Shown here: positions 1-8,007 of the stretch, in pieces
How positions within the stretch are numbered: the first letter of the stretch is position 1
How the letters are laid out: the number at the start of each line of letters is the position of its first letter
IMG/VR virus record: IMGVR_UViG_3300028888_000067
Coordinates: 32,001 to 96,000 of that record
Reading direction: 5' to 3' (one strand)
Length of the DNA stretch: 64,000 nucleotides
Origin: a virus
Taxonomy: Duplodnaviria; Caudoviricetes
Translations under genes and position numbers: made by a program
Notes under the pieces: model-generated
What the model saw: only the letters and a program-made list of their open reading frames with translations
The model's database searches: none
Told to the model about the DNA's origin: nothing

Positions 1-54
1 GACTTAAAATCTGGTGCTCGCAAGAGCGTGCGGGTTCAAGTCCCGCTCCCGGCA
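1..54 (+). tRNA. tRNA-Leu(TAA), 3' part only (5' end outside window), CCA not encoded
   Basis: Anticodon loop CTTAAAA (3-9), long variable arm with GCTC-GCAA-GAGC hairpin, T-arm GCGGG-TTCAAGT-CCCGC (30-46), acceptor 3' strand TCCCGGC + discriminator A, followed by CGA. Confidence 0.9.
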
Positions 55-79
55 CGAATATCATAAATAAATTAAAAAT

Positions 80-595
80 ATGGAAAAATACGCGTTTCTA
101 ATGGTTGACTACAACATGCCAGACTATATAAAGAATATCCAGAAAAGCATTCCTGAAGATGAGCTTTATATCCCTGAAGATCCAGATTCTAAATTCAGCT
201 ATGGCTTAGAGACAGAAAGCCATGTGACATTAGCGCCATGTCTTGACACTGATGTAGATATCGAGACTCTCAAATCATATCTAAAACCGTTGAGCGAATA
301 CCGTGTCATGCTTTCAAATGTCAGTATGTTTGAGAATGAAGAGTACGATGTGCTTAAATGCGATGTAGTATGTGATGCTTTGAAAGAGACAAACAAAATC
401 ATTGCTGATAATTTTGAATTGCATACAGAATTCAAGAAGTATCATCCACATATGACTGTTGCGTATCTCAAGAAAGGTGAAGCAAGCAAATACACTAAAC
501 ATGTAATAAATGAGCCGGTGTTCTTGAAACCCGTGTGTTTTTCTTTCGGATACTTTGATGATGACGAATACAAAAGAGTCACATTCAGTGAATAA
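80..595 (+). CDS. 2H phosphoesterase (T4 57B/Acb1-like)
   Basis: Two HxT motifs, ESHVTL and HPHMTV, about 75 aa apart in a 171-aa protein. Confidence 0.75.
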   Translation: MEKYAFLMVDYNMPDYIKNIQKSIPEDELYIPEDPDSKFSYGLETESHVTLAPCLDTDVDIETLKSYLKPLSEYRVMLSNVSMFENEEYDVLKCDVVCDALKETNKIIADNFELHTEFKKYHPHMTVAYLKKGEASKYTKHVINEPVFLKPVCFSFGYFDDDEYKRVTFSE

Positions 596-635
596 CATTT
601 ATTTCTTTGTCATATTCAATTAAATACTATATAGA

Positions 636-818
636 ATGTTTAGTAATAATACTGACTTAGTTGATCATAATCTCAAAAAAGATGTTGAAGACAGATTGTG
701 GATGGAAGAATATATTGACAAACATATGAGAGATATGTATACATCTTTTATGAAAGGTTTTTATGAAAAACTTCCAGACAATTTGAAAATACAAACATTT
801 GAATCTAAACCAGACTGA
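636..818 (+). CDS. Small hypothetical protein, MFS[DN]N N-terminal family
   Basis: Starts MFSNN; TTTGTCATATT motif upstream (606-616). Confidence 0.55.
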   Translation: MFSNNTDLVDHNLKKDVEDRLWMEEYIDKHMRDMYTSFMKGFYEKLPDNLKIQTFESKPD

Positions 819-834
819 TATAAAATAAAAAACA

Positions 835-1050
835 ATGAGTGAAAATAACAAAAGTGTCATAACAGTGAATTTTACAGGATTGCTGTTCATAGTCTTTCTT
901 GTGCTGAAACTCACACACGTGATTGACTGGTCTTGGTGGTGGGTGACTGCGCCTTTGTGGGCTGTTCCTGCTTTAGTAATAGTGTTTAGCCTTGCCGCGT
1001 TTGTCGTTAACTTTATAGTTTTGATTGTAGAACATTTTTTAGACAGATGA
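835..1050 (+). CDS. Small membrane protein (two hydrophobic segments, IDWSWWWVTAPLW)
   Basis: Hydrophobic runs flanking a Trp-rich motif common in small phage membrane proteins. Confidence 0.7.
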   Translation: MSENNKSVITVNFTGLLFIVFLVLKLTHVIDWSWWWVTAPLWAVPALVIVFSLAAFVVNFIVLIVEHFLDR

Positions 1051-1457
1051 TTGACATAAAAGAAATACAGCTCGGAAACATCGTCTATCGATTATCATTT
1101 TCTGCCGGTGATGTGTACTACACTGAAGTGAACAAAGATGTGTATGACATGATATACAATCACCCAGATGATTTCTTCCCAGTTGAGCTGACTGAAACCG
1201 AACTCGAAATGCTTGGCTTGACCAAAACTGTGTTAAAAACCGTTAATCAGAACAATGAAGAAATTGAGCAAGTAAGTTGGGAGTCATCTGACAAAAGAGT
1301 GATTATGCGTAAAGATTACTTGAACTCGAACAATGAATGGTATGTGCATGTTGACACTCAAGACATGAGCACTCAAGCAACCTGTGAACTTACATATCTT
1401 CATCAATTACAAAACTTTTTGAAAATTTGTGGAATAGAATATGAATTTAAAGTATAA
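1047..1457 (+). CDS. Hypothetical phage protein
   Basis: ATGA overlap with upstream stop; PVELTE..LE.LG and YLHQLQN motifs. Confidence 0.6.
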   Translation: MIDIKEIQLGNIVYRLSFSAGDVYYTEVNKDVYDMIYNHPDDFFPVELTETELEMLGLTKTVLKTVNQNNEEIEQVSWESSDKRVIMRKDYLNSNNEWYVHVDTQDMSTQATCELTYLHQLQNFLKICGIEYEFKV

Positions 1458-1480
1458 TTAACTTTTTTTAATACATTATT

Positions 1481-3085
1481 ATGAAAAATATTTTCAGCAA
1501 ATCAGAGAATTTCAAGCAAGAGTATTCAGCAACCATTGTGAAAGTTGGCGAGCTGAAAGACATCGAGAATTCAGACAATCTGAAACAAGTGATTATCGAC
1601 GGCTTCAGTGTAGTAGTGAACAAAGATGATGTCAAAGAAGGTGACTTGATGATTTACTGCAAGAATGAGACTGAAATCAATTCAAGGTTCTTGTCGGTAA
1701 ACAATATGTACGAAATCAGTGAGCGTGCATTGAATGCTAACTATGCAGAAGTCGAGAAACTTGTCGAGGAAGGCAAGAACGATGAAGCAAAGAAGCTTGT
1801 CGGCTATTTCAACAAGCACGGACGTGTGAAGATGATAAAGTTGAGAGGCTGCCCGTCAATGGGCGTCATGTTCAGACTTGAGTCATTCATCAAGTGGGAC
1901 CCGACTTTGGAATCTGTCAATCTTGAAGACTATATCACTTATGATGAGAACGGCAATTTCATTCCGTTTGACTTTGACACAATCAATGATGTCTTGTTCA
2001 TCAAAGCATATGTCCCCAAAACTAACCAAGTGAGAAGTGGCGGCGGCACAGGCAAGAAGAAAGACAAGACGAAAAAATTTGACAGAATGATTGAAGGAGA
2101 GTTCGTGTTTCATTATGACACAAACCAACTGAACTCAAACATGTGGAAGTTCAGTCCTGAGACTGTCGTTGACATTTCAGTCAAAGTGCACGGAACGTCG
2201 TTTGTCATGGGAAACATTCTGGTCAAACGGCCGACGATGCTGAACAAGATTCGTGATTTCTTCAATGGAATCAAAGATCGCAAAATCAGAAACATCGAAC
2301 GCCAGATTGGCAAAATCAACATGAGTTCTGGAATGTCTGACATTTCTGATTCTAACGCTAAAAAGATAGTAGAACTTGAAAAGAAAGCGACAATACTTGC
2401 TAACCGCAAATTCAACAAGTTCGACACAGAATACTATGACGTGTATTCTTCAAGAACTGTCATCAAGAACAAGTACATCAACAAGCAAGTGAACAGCGGT
2501 TTCTATTCTGTTGATGTGTGGGGCGAGTACAATGAACTGCTCAAAGGAAAGATCCCGAAGAATATCACCATATATGCCGAAATCGTCGGATATCTTCCTG
2601 GTTCTACAACAATGATTCAGAAAGGCTATGACTATGGCTGTGAAATTGGAACGAACAAACTGATGATTTATCGTGTCAGTGAAAAACTAGAAGATGGCAC
2701 TCATAAAGAATATGAGATCTCAGATGTCATCAAATTTGGAAATGACTTGAGAAATGCATATCCGTCTATTTATGACCGGATAATGCCGTTCACCTTGCTT
2801 TATCATGGAACACTTTCTGATTTGTATCCTGAAATCGACACCAAGCAGCATTGGAACGAGAATGTCCTTGAAGCAATGAAGCAAGACAAGCAGAACTTTG
2901 GAATGGAGCTTGATGAGCCAATGTGCAAGACAAAAGTTCCAAGAGAAGGAATCTGCGTTAGAATCGCAAATGATCCAGCAAAAGAATGCTTCAAACTGAA
3001 ATGCTTGGCGTTCCTTGGAAAAGAAGCAAAAGAAATCGACAAGGGAAATGTCGACATCGAAATGCAAGACAACTACGCTCAGTAG
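1481..3085 (+). CDS. ATP-dependent RNA ligase (Rnl2/DRB0094-like) with N-terminal OB-like domain
   Basis: Motif I KVHGTS, YAEIVG, REGICVR, FKLK; N-terminus like the DRB0094 family. Confidence 0.8.
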   Translation: MKNIFSKSENFKQEYSATIVKVGELKDIENSDNLKQVIIDGFSVVVNKDDVKEGDLMIYCKNETEINSRFLSVNNMYEISERALNANYAEVEKLVEEGKNDEAKKLVGYFNKHGRVKMIKLRGCPSMGVMFRLESFIKWDPTLESVNLEDYITYDENGNFIPFDFDTINDVLFIKAYVPKTNQVRSGGGTGKKKDKTKKFDRMIEGEFVFHYDTNQLNSNMWKFSPETVVDISVKVHGTSFVMGNILVKRPTMLNKIRDFFNGIKDRKIRNIERQIGKINMSSGMSDISDSNAKKIVELEKKATILANRKFNKFDTEYYDVYSSRTVIKNKYINKQVNSGFYSVDVWGEYNELLKGKIPKNITIYAEIVGYLPGSTTMIQKGYDYGCEIGTNKLMIYRVSEKLEDGTHKEYEISDVIKFGNDLRNAYPSIYDRIMPFTLLYHGTLSDLYPEIDTKQHWNENVLEAMKQDKQNFGMELDEPMCKTKVPREGICVRIANDPAKECFKLKCLAFLGKEAKEIDKGNVDIEMQDNYAQ

Positions 3086-3116
3086 AATTTGTTTTGGCAT
3101 TTAAGTTAATGAGAGA

Positions 3117-3146
3117 AAGGACTGCAATGTTGCGGTCCTTTTTTTT
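3117..3146 (+). terminator. Intrinsic terminator
   Basis: AAGGACTGCA..TGCGGTCCTT hairpin followed by a T-run. Confidence 0.75.
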
Positions 3147-3153
3147 ATAAATA
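3146..3153 (+). promoter_or_regulatory. T4-type late promoter TATAAATA
   Basis: Exact match immediately upstream of the 3165-5654 operon. Confidence 0.7.
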
Positions 3154-3164
3154 AATAAACATAT

Positions 3165-3548
3165 ATGAATGATATGAAAGTATTGAAAACGCACAATTTC
3201 ATTTCAGAACGCATTAAGATCAGACCGGTGACGAATGCTGAATTTGGCAAGATTCAGCAAGACATACACAAGAATCCATTTGGTCTGACAAAGAAAGATT
3301 TGGATCGTCAAATGTCAAAAGTTCCGATGGGCATTGCTGTTCGTATGTTAGAAGAGCAGGAAATGCAGAACAATGCTGCTGATATCACTATATTTTGCTA
3401 TAATTGTTGTAGTGATAAAGATGAGGGTGGATTTAACTGGAAAAATACTGAACAAGGCACAGATTTTTGGAAAGATGTGTTAGGTTACTATAATTTTGAT
3501 GTTTTTTTTGACAGATATCCTGAATACGAAAAATACAATTTAGATTAA
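3165..3548 (+). CDS. Leader-family protein, cargo type A (leader starts at ATG 3174)
   Basis: MKVLKTHNFISERIKIRPVTNAEF; C-terminus YPEYEKYNLD shared with 12589 and 13464. Confidence 0.85.
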   Translation: MNDMKVLKTHNFISERIKIRPVTNAEFGKIQQDIHKNPFGLTKKDLDRQMSKVPMGIAVRMLEEQEMQNNAADITIFCYNCCSDKDEGGFNWKNTEQGTDFWKDVLGYYNFDVFFDRYPEYEKYNLD

Positions 3549-3549
3549 A

Positions 3550-4029
3550 ATGAAAGTGCTCGACATATACGATTTCATTTCAGAACGCATGAAATTCAAG
3601 CCAGTCACGAATGCAGAATGGGAGCAAGCACAGAAAGACTTTGCTGGAAAAACATATTGTGAAAAAATAAATAATCCAACATTTGCCGACATCAGAAAAG
3701 GGAATGCAGTTTATGTTGATAGTGCTGGAGAACGTAATGTGTATATTGTGTTTGACACCAAGACTTTGCCTTTGTTTCTTAAGTCTAATCTTTCTAGGCA
3801 TGCTTTTGACAACAATCCGGAAACAATCATGATAAGATACGACAGCACGCTGAAATGCTGTTACCGGAATGTAGAGCCATTCAAAAACAGGTTTCCCTAT
3901 AAAGAACATTTTGAGGAAGTGGAAATAATCGGGATATACCACACTAACATAAATGTCGATGACATGCAAAGTTTTGAAGACTTGAACAAAGTATGGACAG
4001 CGTTATGTGAAAAAATAAATATACAGTGA
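3550..4029 (+). CDS. Leader-family protein, cargo type C
   Basis: MKVLDIYDFISERMKFKPVTNAEW; cargo similar to 5187. Confidence 0.85.
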   Translation: MKVLDIYDFISERMKFKPVTNAEWEQAQKDFAGKTYCEKINNPTFADIRKGNAVYVDSAGERNVYIVFDTKTLPLFLKSNLSRHAFDNNPETIMIRYDSTLKCCYRNVEPFKNRFPYKEHFEEVEIIGIYHTNINVDDMQSFEDLNKVWTALCEKINIQ

Positions 4030-4034
4030 ACATT

Positions 4035-4613
4035 ATGGAAATAAAGAAAGCTAATCTGAAATTCGTGAAACCTCTGTCAAAGAGAAAAAAGACGACAGAG
4101 ATCATAATACATTGCAGCGCCACAAGAGAGGGCAAGAACTTCACCGTCGAGTCTATTCATAAGATGCATTTGCAGAACGGCTGGGCTGGAATAGGATACA
4201 ACTATTACATTGACATAAACGGTGACATCTGGGAAGGAAGACCTGAATCTTGTGTGGGTTCTCACACGACAAACCACAACTCAAACTCAGTGGGCATCTG
4301 CTATTGTGGAGGACTTGACTCTGCAGGACGGCCGAAAGACACACGCAACGCAAAGCAACTTGCAGCAATGATTTGGCTTTGTCGTGAAATGCACCGCAAA
4401 TACCCAAATGCTACTTTCCACGGACACCGTGAGTTCGCGAACAAAGCTTGCCCGTGCTTTGATGTCCAGTCTTGGATAAAGACATTCTCACTTGACATGC
4501 CAGACAATGGCATCTCGCAGCCAATGGTGACGAATCTCGCACAGACAGAAATGGCGAAGAAAATCGCAGATGCGTTTTCGAAGATATTCAAAAGAAACAA
4601 CAATTTAGTATAA
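4035..4613 (+). CDS. N-acetylmuramoyl-L-alanine amidase (Amidase_2, T7-lysozyme-like endolysin)
   Basis: IIIHCSAT, GWAGIGYNY, SVGICYCGG, GHREFANKACPCFDV Zn-binding motifs. Confidence 0.9.
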   Translation: MEIKKANLKFVKPLSKRKKTTEIIIHCSATREGKNFTVESIHKMHLQNGWAGIGYNYYIDINGDIWEGRPESCVGSHTTNHNSNSVGICYCGGLDSAGRPKDTRNAKQLAAMIWLCREMHRKYPNATFHGHREFANKACPCFDVQSWIKTFSLDMPDNGISQPMVTNLAQTEMAKKIADAFSKIFKRNNNLV

Positions 4614-4622
4614 ACGAAAAAT

Positions 4623-5177
4623 ATGACAAAGATATTAGGAATCAAAGATTTTGTGGTGAGCGAAGGCTACACGAAACTTCACAAGGTGGTCGAAGACATT
4701 CTCAATCTAACATCTATTAAAACAAGATGCTCTTGGGACGGAGAGCACTGGTATTACTATGACCGTGAGAAGAAAGGGACACTTGAGGAATTCAAGTCGC
4801 TTCCAGAAAACAAGAACAAGAATCTTGAAATCTATGTATACTATGAGTTCAAGATGAATGATGACGTTTTCAAGATAGAAGAACTCGTCACGATCCATTT
4901 CTATGACATGATGGAAAATGACTATGAAGTCGAATGGAAATACTGCCACGGCATGAAAGACTTCACAAACACCATGTATGAGTATGACTCTGATGAGAAT
5001 GATGAGCTTCTCGAGAATGTCCGTGAACTGATTGAAACTGACTTTGAAGAAGTCAAAGACACCATCGCGAATGACATAGAAGACTACACGGGAATCAGAA
5101 ATAACGAAACACTGCTGAATGAAGTGTATGGCGAAATCATCGAAGGTTTCATGGAGAACTTTGAGATTGGACAATAA
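4623..5177 (+). CDS. Acidic hypothetical protein with short leader-like N-terminus
   Basis: MTKILGIKDFVVSE; lies within the late operon. Confidence 0.7.
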   Translation: MTKILGIKDFVVSEGYTKLHKVVEDILNLTSIKTRCSWDGEHWYYYDREKKGTLEEFKSLPENKNKNLEIYVYYEFKMNDDVFKIEELVTIHFYDMMENDYEVEWKYCHGMKDFTNTMYEYDSDENDELLENVRELIETDFEEVKDTIANDIEDYTGIRNNETLLNEVYGEIIEGFMENFEIGQ

Positions 5178-5186
5178 CAAAAAACT

Positions 5187-5654
5187 ATGAAAATATTAGA
5201 TACCAGCCAATTTGTTTCTGAACGGATGAAAATCAGACCGGTAACGAATGCTGAATTTGACAAAGCTAAAGAAAATGCCAAACACACGACAATGGAAAAT
5301 ATTAGAGACTCGGAAACAATAATAAAGCCAACATATGAAGACATATGCCAAGAAGGCAATGTCGTTTTTGTATATGATGGTAATAATATCAGATCTTTTG
5401 TTGTTATGCATGACAAAGAAGATTCATCTATAAGTTTAACTGGATTTTCAGCACATCTTAACACCAGATATGGCTCTATCAGGCGTCGTGAGTATTGGAT
5501 CGCAGAACGCTTCAAAAATGATTTTCCATATTATTATAGTGCTAAAATCGTTGCAGTATATAAAGCCAACATAAATACAGAAGACATAAAAACTGATGAT
5601 GACTTAAAAAATGTTTTAAAACCATACGATGATATGATTAAAACCATACGATGA
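5187..5654 (+). CDS. Leader-family protein, cargo type C
   Basis: MKILDTSQFVSERMKIRPVTNAEF. Confidence 0.85.
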   Translation: MKILDTSQFVSERMKIRPVTNAEFDKAKENAKHTTMENIRDSETIIKPTYEDICQEGNVVFVYDGNNIRSFVVMHDKEDSSISLTGFSAHLNTRYGSIRRREYWIAERFKNDFPYYYSAKIVAVYKANINTEDIKTDDDLKNVLKPYDDMIKTIR

Positions 5655-5661
5655 TATGATT
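5616..5661. repeat. 22-bp exact tandem duplication across the stop of 5187..5654
   Basis: TTAAAACCATACGATGATATGA x2. Confidence 0.9.
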
Positions 5662-5684
5662 CAAGTTAAATACTAAATAAATTA

Positions 5685-5712
5685 AAAAAGCCACTCAACT
5701 GAGTGGCTTTTT
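5685..5712. terminator. Bidirectional intrinsic terminator
   Basis: AAAAAGCCACTC-AACT-GAGTGGCTTTTT between convergent genes. Confidence 0.85.
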
Positions 5713-5773
5713 AGTTTATGCAGAAGTTCATTAGATGACTTCTAGAACACTTTCATTATTTAGACATATAATT

Positions 5774-7765
5774 TTATATCTTGAACGCCAAACCGTCTTT
5801 CTCCTTGTTCAATGAAACTGAAATCTCTTTGTTCTGTGATTCTTCTTCATTGATGATGATTTCAGTGAGTTCATCAACGAGATCTTGCTGGATGTTTCTG
5901 ATAAGTGAACGAGCACCCATTTTCTCTTTTTCAGATTTCTCGACAAGCCATTGCTTCACGCCTCTGTTGAGTTTCAGTCTGTATCCGAGTTCTTTGATTG
6001 ATGAGTGGACTTCTGCCATCTCGTTGTCGAAAATTTTGCTCATGTTGTCGACTGTCAAGTCATTGAAATAGCAGATGCTGTCGATTCTGTTCAGGAATTC
6101 TGGCGAGAACAGTTTCTTCATAGATTTCTCGATGATTCCCTTCCTGTTGTCGCTGTTGCGTTTTTCTGATTCTTCTGCGGTTGATGAGAATCCGATGAGG
6201 CTGCCGGCATTTGCTGCTTCTTTGACGCCGATGTTGCTGGTGAGAATGATGATCGTGTTTGTCGCAGAAATGTGCGTGCCGTTCGCGTCAGTGATTCTGC
6301 CTTCATCCATCAACTGCAAGATTGTGTTGTAGATGGCTGGATGCGCTTTTTCGATTTCATCAAACAGCACTACAGAATAAGGGTTGTTCTTTATTGCGTT
6401 GCAGAGAACGCCGCCTTCGCCGTAGCCCACATATCCCGGAGGCGCGCCAATCAGTTTGTTCACTGAGATCTCATCAGTGTATTCACTCATGTCAAGACGT
6501 ATAAGTGACTCCTCAGAGCCAAACATATATTCGGCAAGTTTCTTTGCGAGGAACGTCTTGCCAACACCAGTAGAACCGATGAAGATGAAATTGCCGATTG
6601 TGTGGTTTTTCTTTCTCAAGCCCAGACGGTTTCTCTTCACTGTCTTGCAGACTTTAGTGACAGTGTCGTCTTGACCTATCACCTTGCCCGTCAGCGCGGG
6701 TATCATGTTCTTCAGTTTTGAAGTGTCTGTCTCGGTGAGTTTAGCGACAGGGACGCCAGCAATGTCTGATATGACAGTGTAGATGTCATCATCGTTCAAA
6801 GCGACTTCGTCGGCATTTATATTGCTTGGTGTGTCTTCAATGTAACTTTTCAGATTTTCGATTTCAACATTCTTGTCAAGAAGTTTAAGAAGGTCTCCGC
6901 CATTCTTAGCATCATTGATTGCAGCATCAAGCTCGTTCTGCAGTTCAGTTATCTTGTGTATCTTTTTTCTTGTAGACTCATTGGGATTGTGTATCTGGTT
7001 CGTGTGTCTCACTACTGCGTTCTCTAAAACAGAAAGCGCTTTCTTCGGCATGCAGAATCCGTTCTTGACATATTTGTCGCACAAGACCACAAGTTTGTCT
7101 ACCATTTCCGGGCTCACTGTCGTGTGATAGACATTAGTCAACTCATTTGACTTCAGTCTCACGATAGTCTTCACATCATCGATGATTGGCTCTTTTATCT
7201 TGACTTCAGTGAAATGCCGTATCAGATTGTATTTTGACTCGAGATGTTTTTTCTCATTAGTGCCGCAGCAGCAGATGATCTTGATGTTTGACTTGATTGC
7301 ATGCTCGAGATGCAGAGCAGTCATCACATTGATGGAATTGTCTGCGACGAACTCATTCAAGTTGTCGATGAACAGTATTGCTTTGCGGCCCTCATCTGCC
7401 ATAGCTGTGATTGACGTGAACATGTCATTTATGCGTTCCTCATATTCAGCAATGCTTTTGATGCAGTATCCCAAAGCAAGCTGGCTCATTTCGAAGATTT
7501 CTGCGTTGTAGAAACTTTTCGGGCAGTTGTATGTGTTTATCAGATGCTGAACGTGCTTCACTAAAGCAGTCTTGCCAGTTCCTCTTCCTCCAGTTATGAG
7601 AACACTGTGGTTGTTCGTGGACAATGCATCAAATACTCTTTCCGCATACTTGTCCATCATGAGCGCTTTTTCCGCTTTCAACGGAACACAATATTCTACA
7701 TTGAGACTTTCTTTCTTGTTCCAGTCGTTCTTGTACACATTGACTGGTGTTTTTTCTGGTAACAT
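5774..7765 (-). CDS. ClpA/ClpC-like AAA+ ATPase (two AAA modules)
   Basis: GGRGTGKT; GSTGVGKT, RLDMSEY, LIGAPPGYVGY, LFDEIEKAH, FSPEFLNRID, GARSL; LIGF loop. Confidence 0.92.
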   Translation of the reverse strand: MLPEKTPVNVYKNDWNKKESLNVEYCVPLKAEKALMMDKYAERVFDALSTNNHSVLITGGRGTGKTALVKHVQHLINTYNCPKSFYNAEIFEMSQLALGYCIKSIAEYEERINDMFTSITAMADEGRKAILFIDNLNEFVADNSINVMTALHLEHAIKSNIKIICCCGTNEKKHLESKYNLIRHFTEVKIKEPIIDDVKTIVRLKSNELTNVYHTTVSPEMVDKLVVLCDKYVKNGFCMPKKALSVLENAVVRHTNQIHNPNESTRKKIHKITELQNELDAAINDAKNGGDLLKLLDKNVEIENLKSYIEDTPSNINADEVALNDDDIYTVISDIAGVPVAKLTETDTSKLKNMIPALTGKVIGQDDTVTKVCKTVKRNRLGLRKKNHTIGNFIFIGSTGVGKTFLAKKLAEYMFGSEESLIRLDMSEYTDEISVNKLIGAPPGYVGYGEGGVLCNAIKNNPYSVVLFDEIEKAHPAIYNTILQLMDEGRITDANGTHISATNTIIILTSNIGVKEAANAGSLIGFSSTAEESEKRNSDNRKGIIEKSMKKLFSPEFLNRIDSICYFNDLTVDNMSKIFDNEMAEVHSSIKELGYRLKLNRGVKQWLVEKSEKEKMGARSLIRNIQQDLVDELTEIIINEEESQNKEISVSLNKEKDGLAFKI

Positions 7766-7795
7766 ATAATATTCAAGTTTAAGTTTTATTACAGT

Positions 7796-7809
7796 TTAAT
7801 ATAACAAAA
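7796..7809 (-). promoter_or_regulatory. TTTTGTTATATTAA promoter-like motif
   Basis: Exact 14-mer also at 20962, 28128, 45592, 57683 and 58651, each shortly upstream of a gene start. Confidence 0.7.
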
Positions 7810-7815
7810 CTAACA

Positions 7816-7974
7816 TCAGTTATTACTATCGTTGCTTTCTTTTTTTGACTCTTCCCACATTTCTTTCAGCACACTAAGTTTAGAGTTTTTCTCTTCTGTC
7901 TTTTTCTCTTCTGACTTAGGTGATGGCCTCTGAATGTGTCTCACCCGATATTTTTTAGAACAGTTGCAGCCCAT
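7816..7974 (-). CDS. Small 52-aa protein starting MGCNCSKK
   Basis: ATG at 7974 within ORF 7816..8274; reverse-strand TATAAATA at 7998-8005. Confidence 0.55.
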   Translation of the reverse strand: MGCNCSKKYRVRHIQRPSPKSEEKKTEEKNSKLSVLKEMWEESKKESNDSNN

Positions 7975-7976
7975 AA

Positions 7977-8005
7977 TATAAATATTTTGATACAATTTAT
8001 TTATA
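7977..8005. promoter_or_regulatory. Divergent pair of late promoters
   Basis: TATAAATA (+, 7977-7984) and TATTTATA (-, 7998-8005). Confidence 0.65.
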
Positions 8006-8007
8006 CA

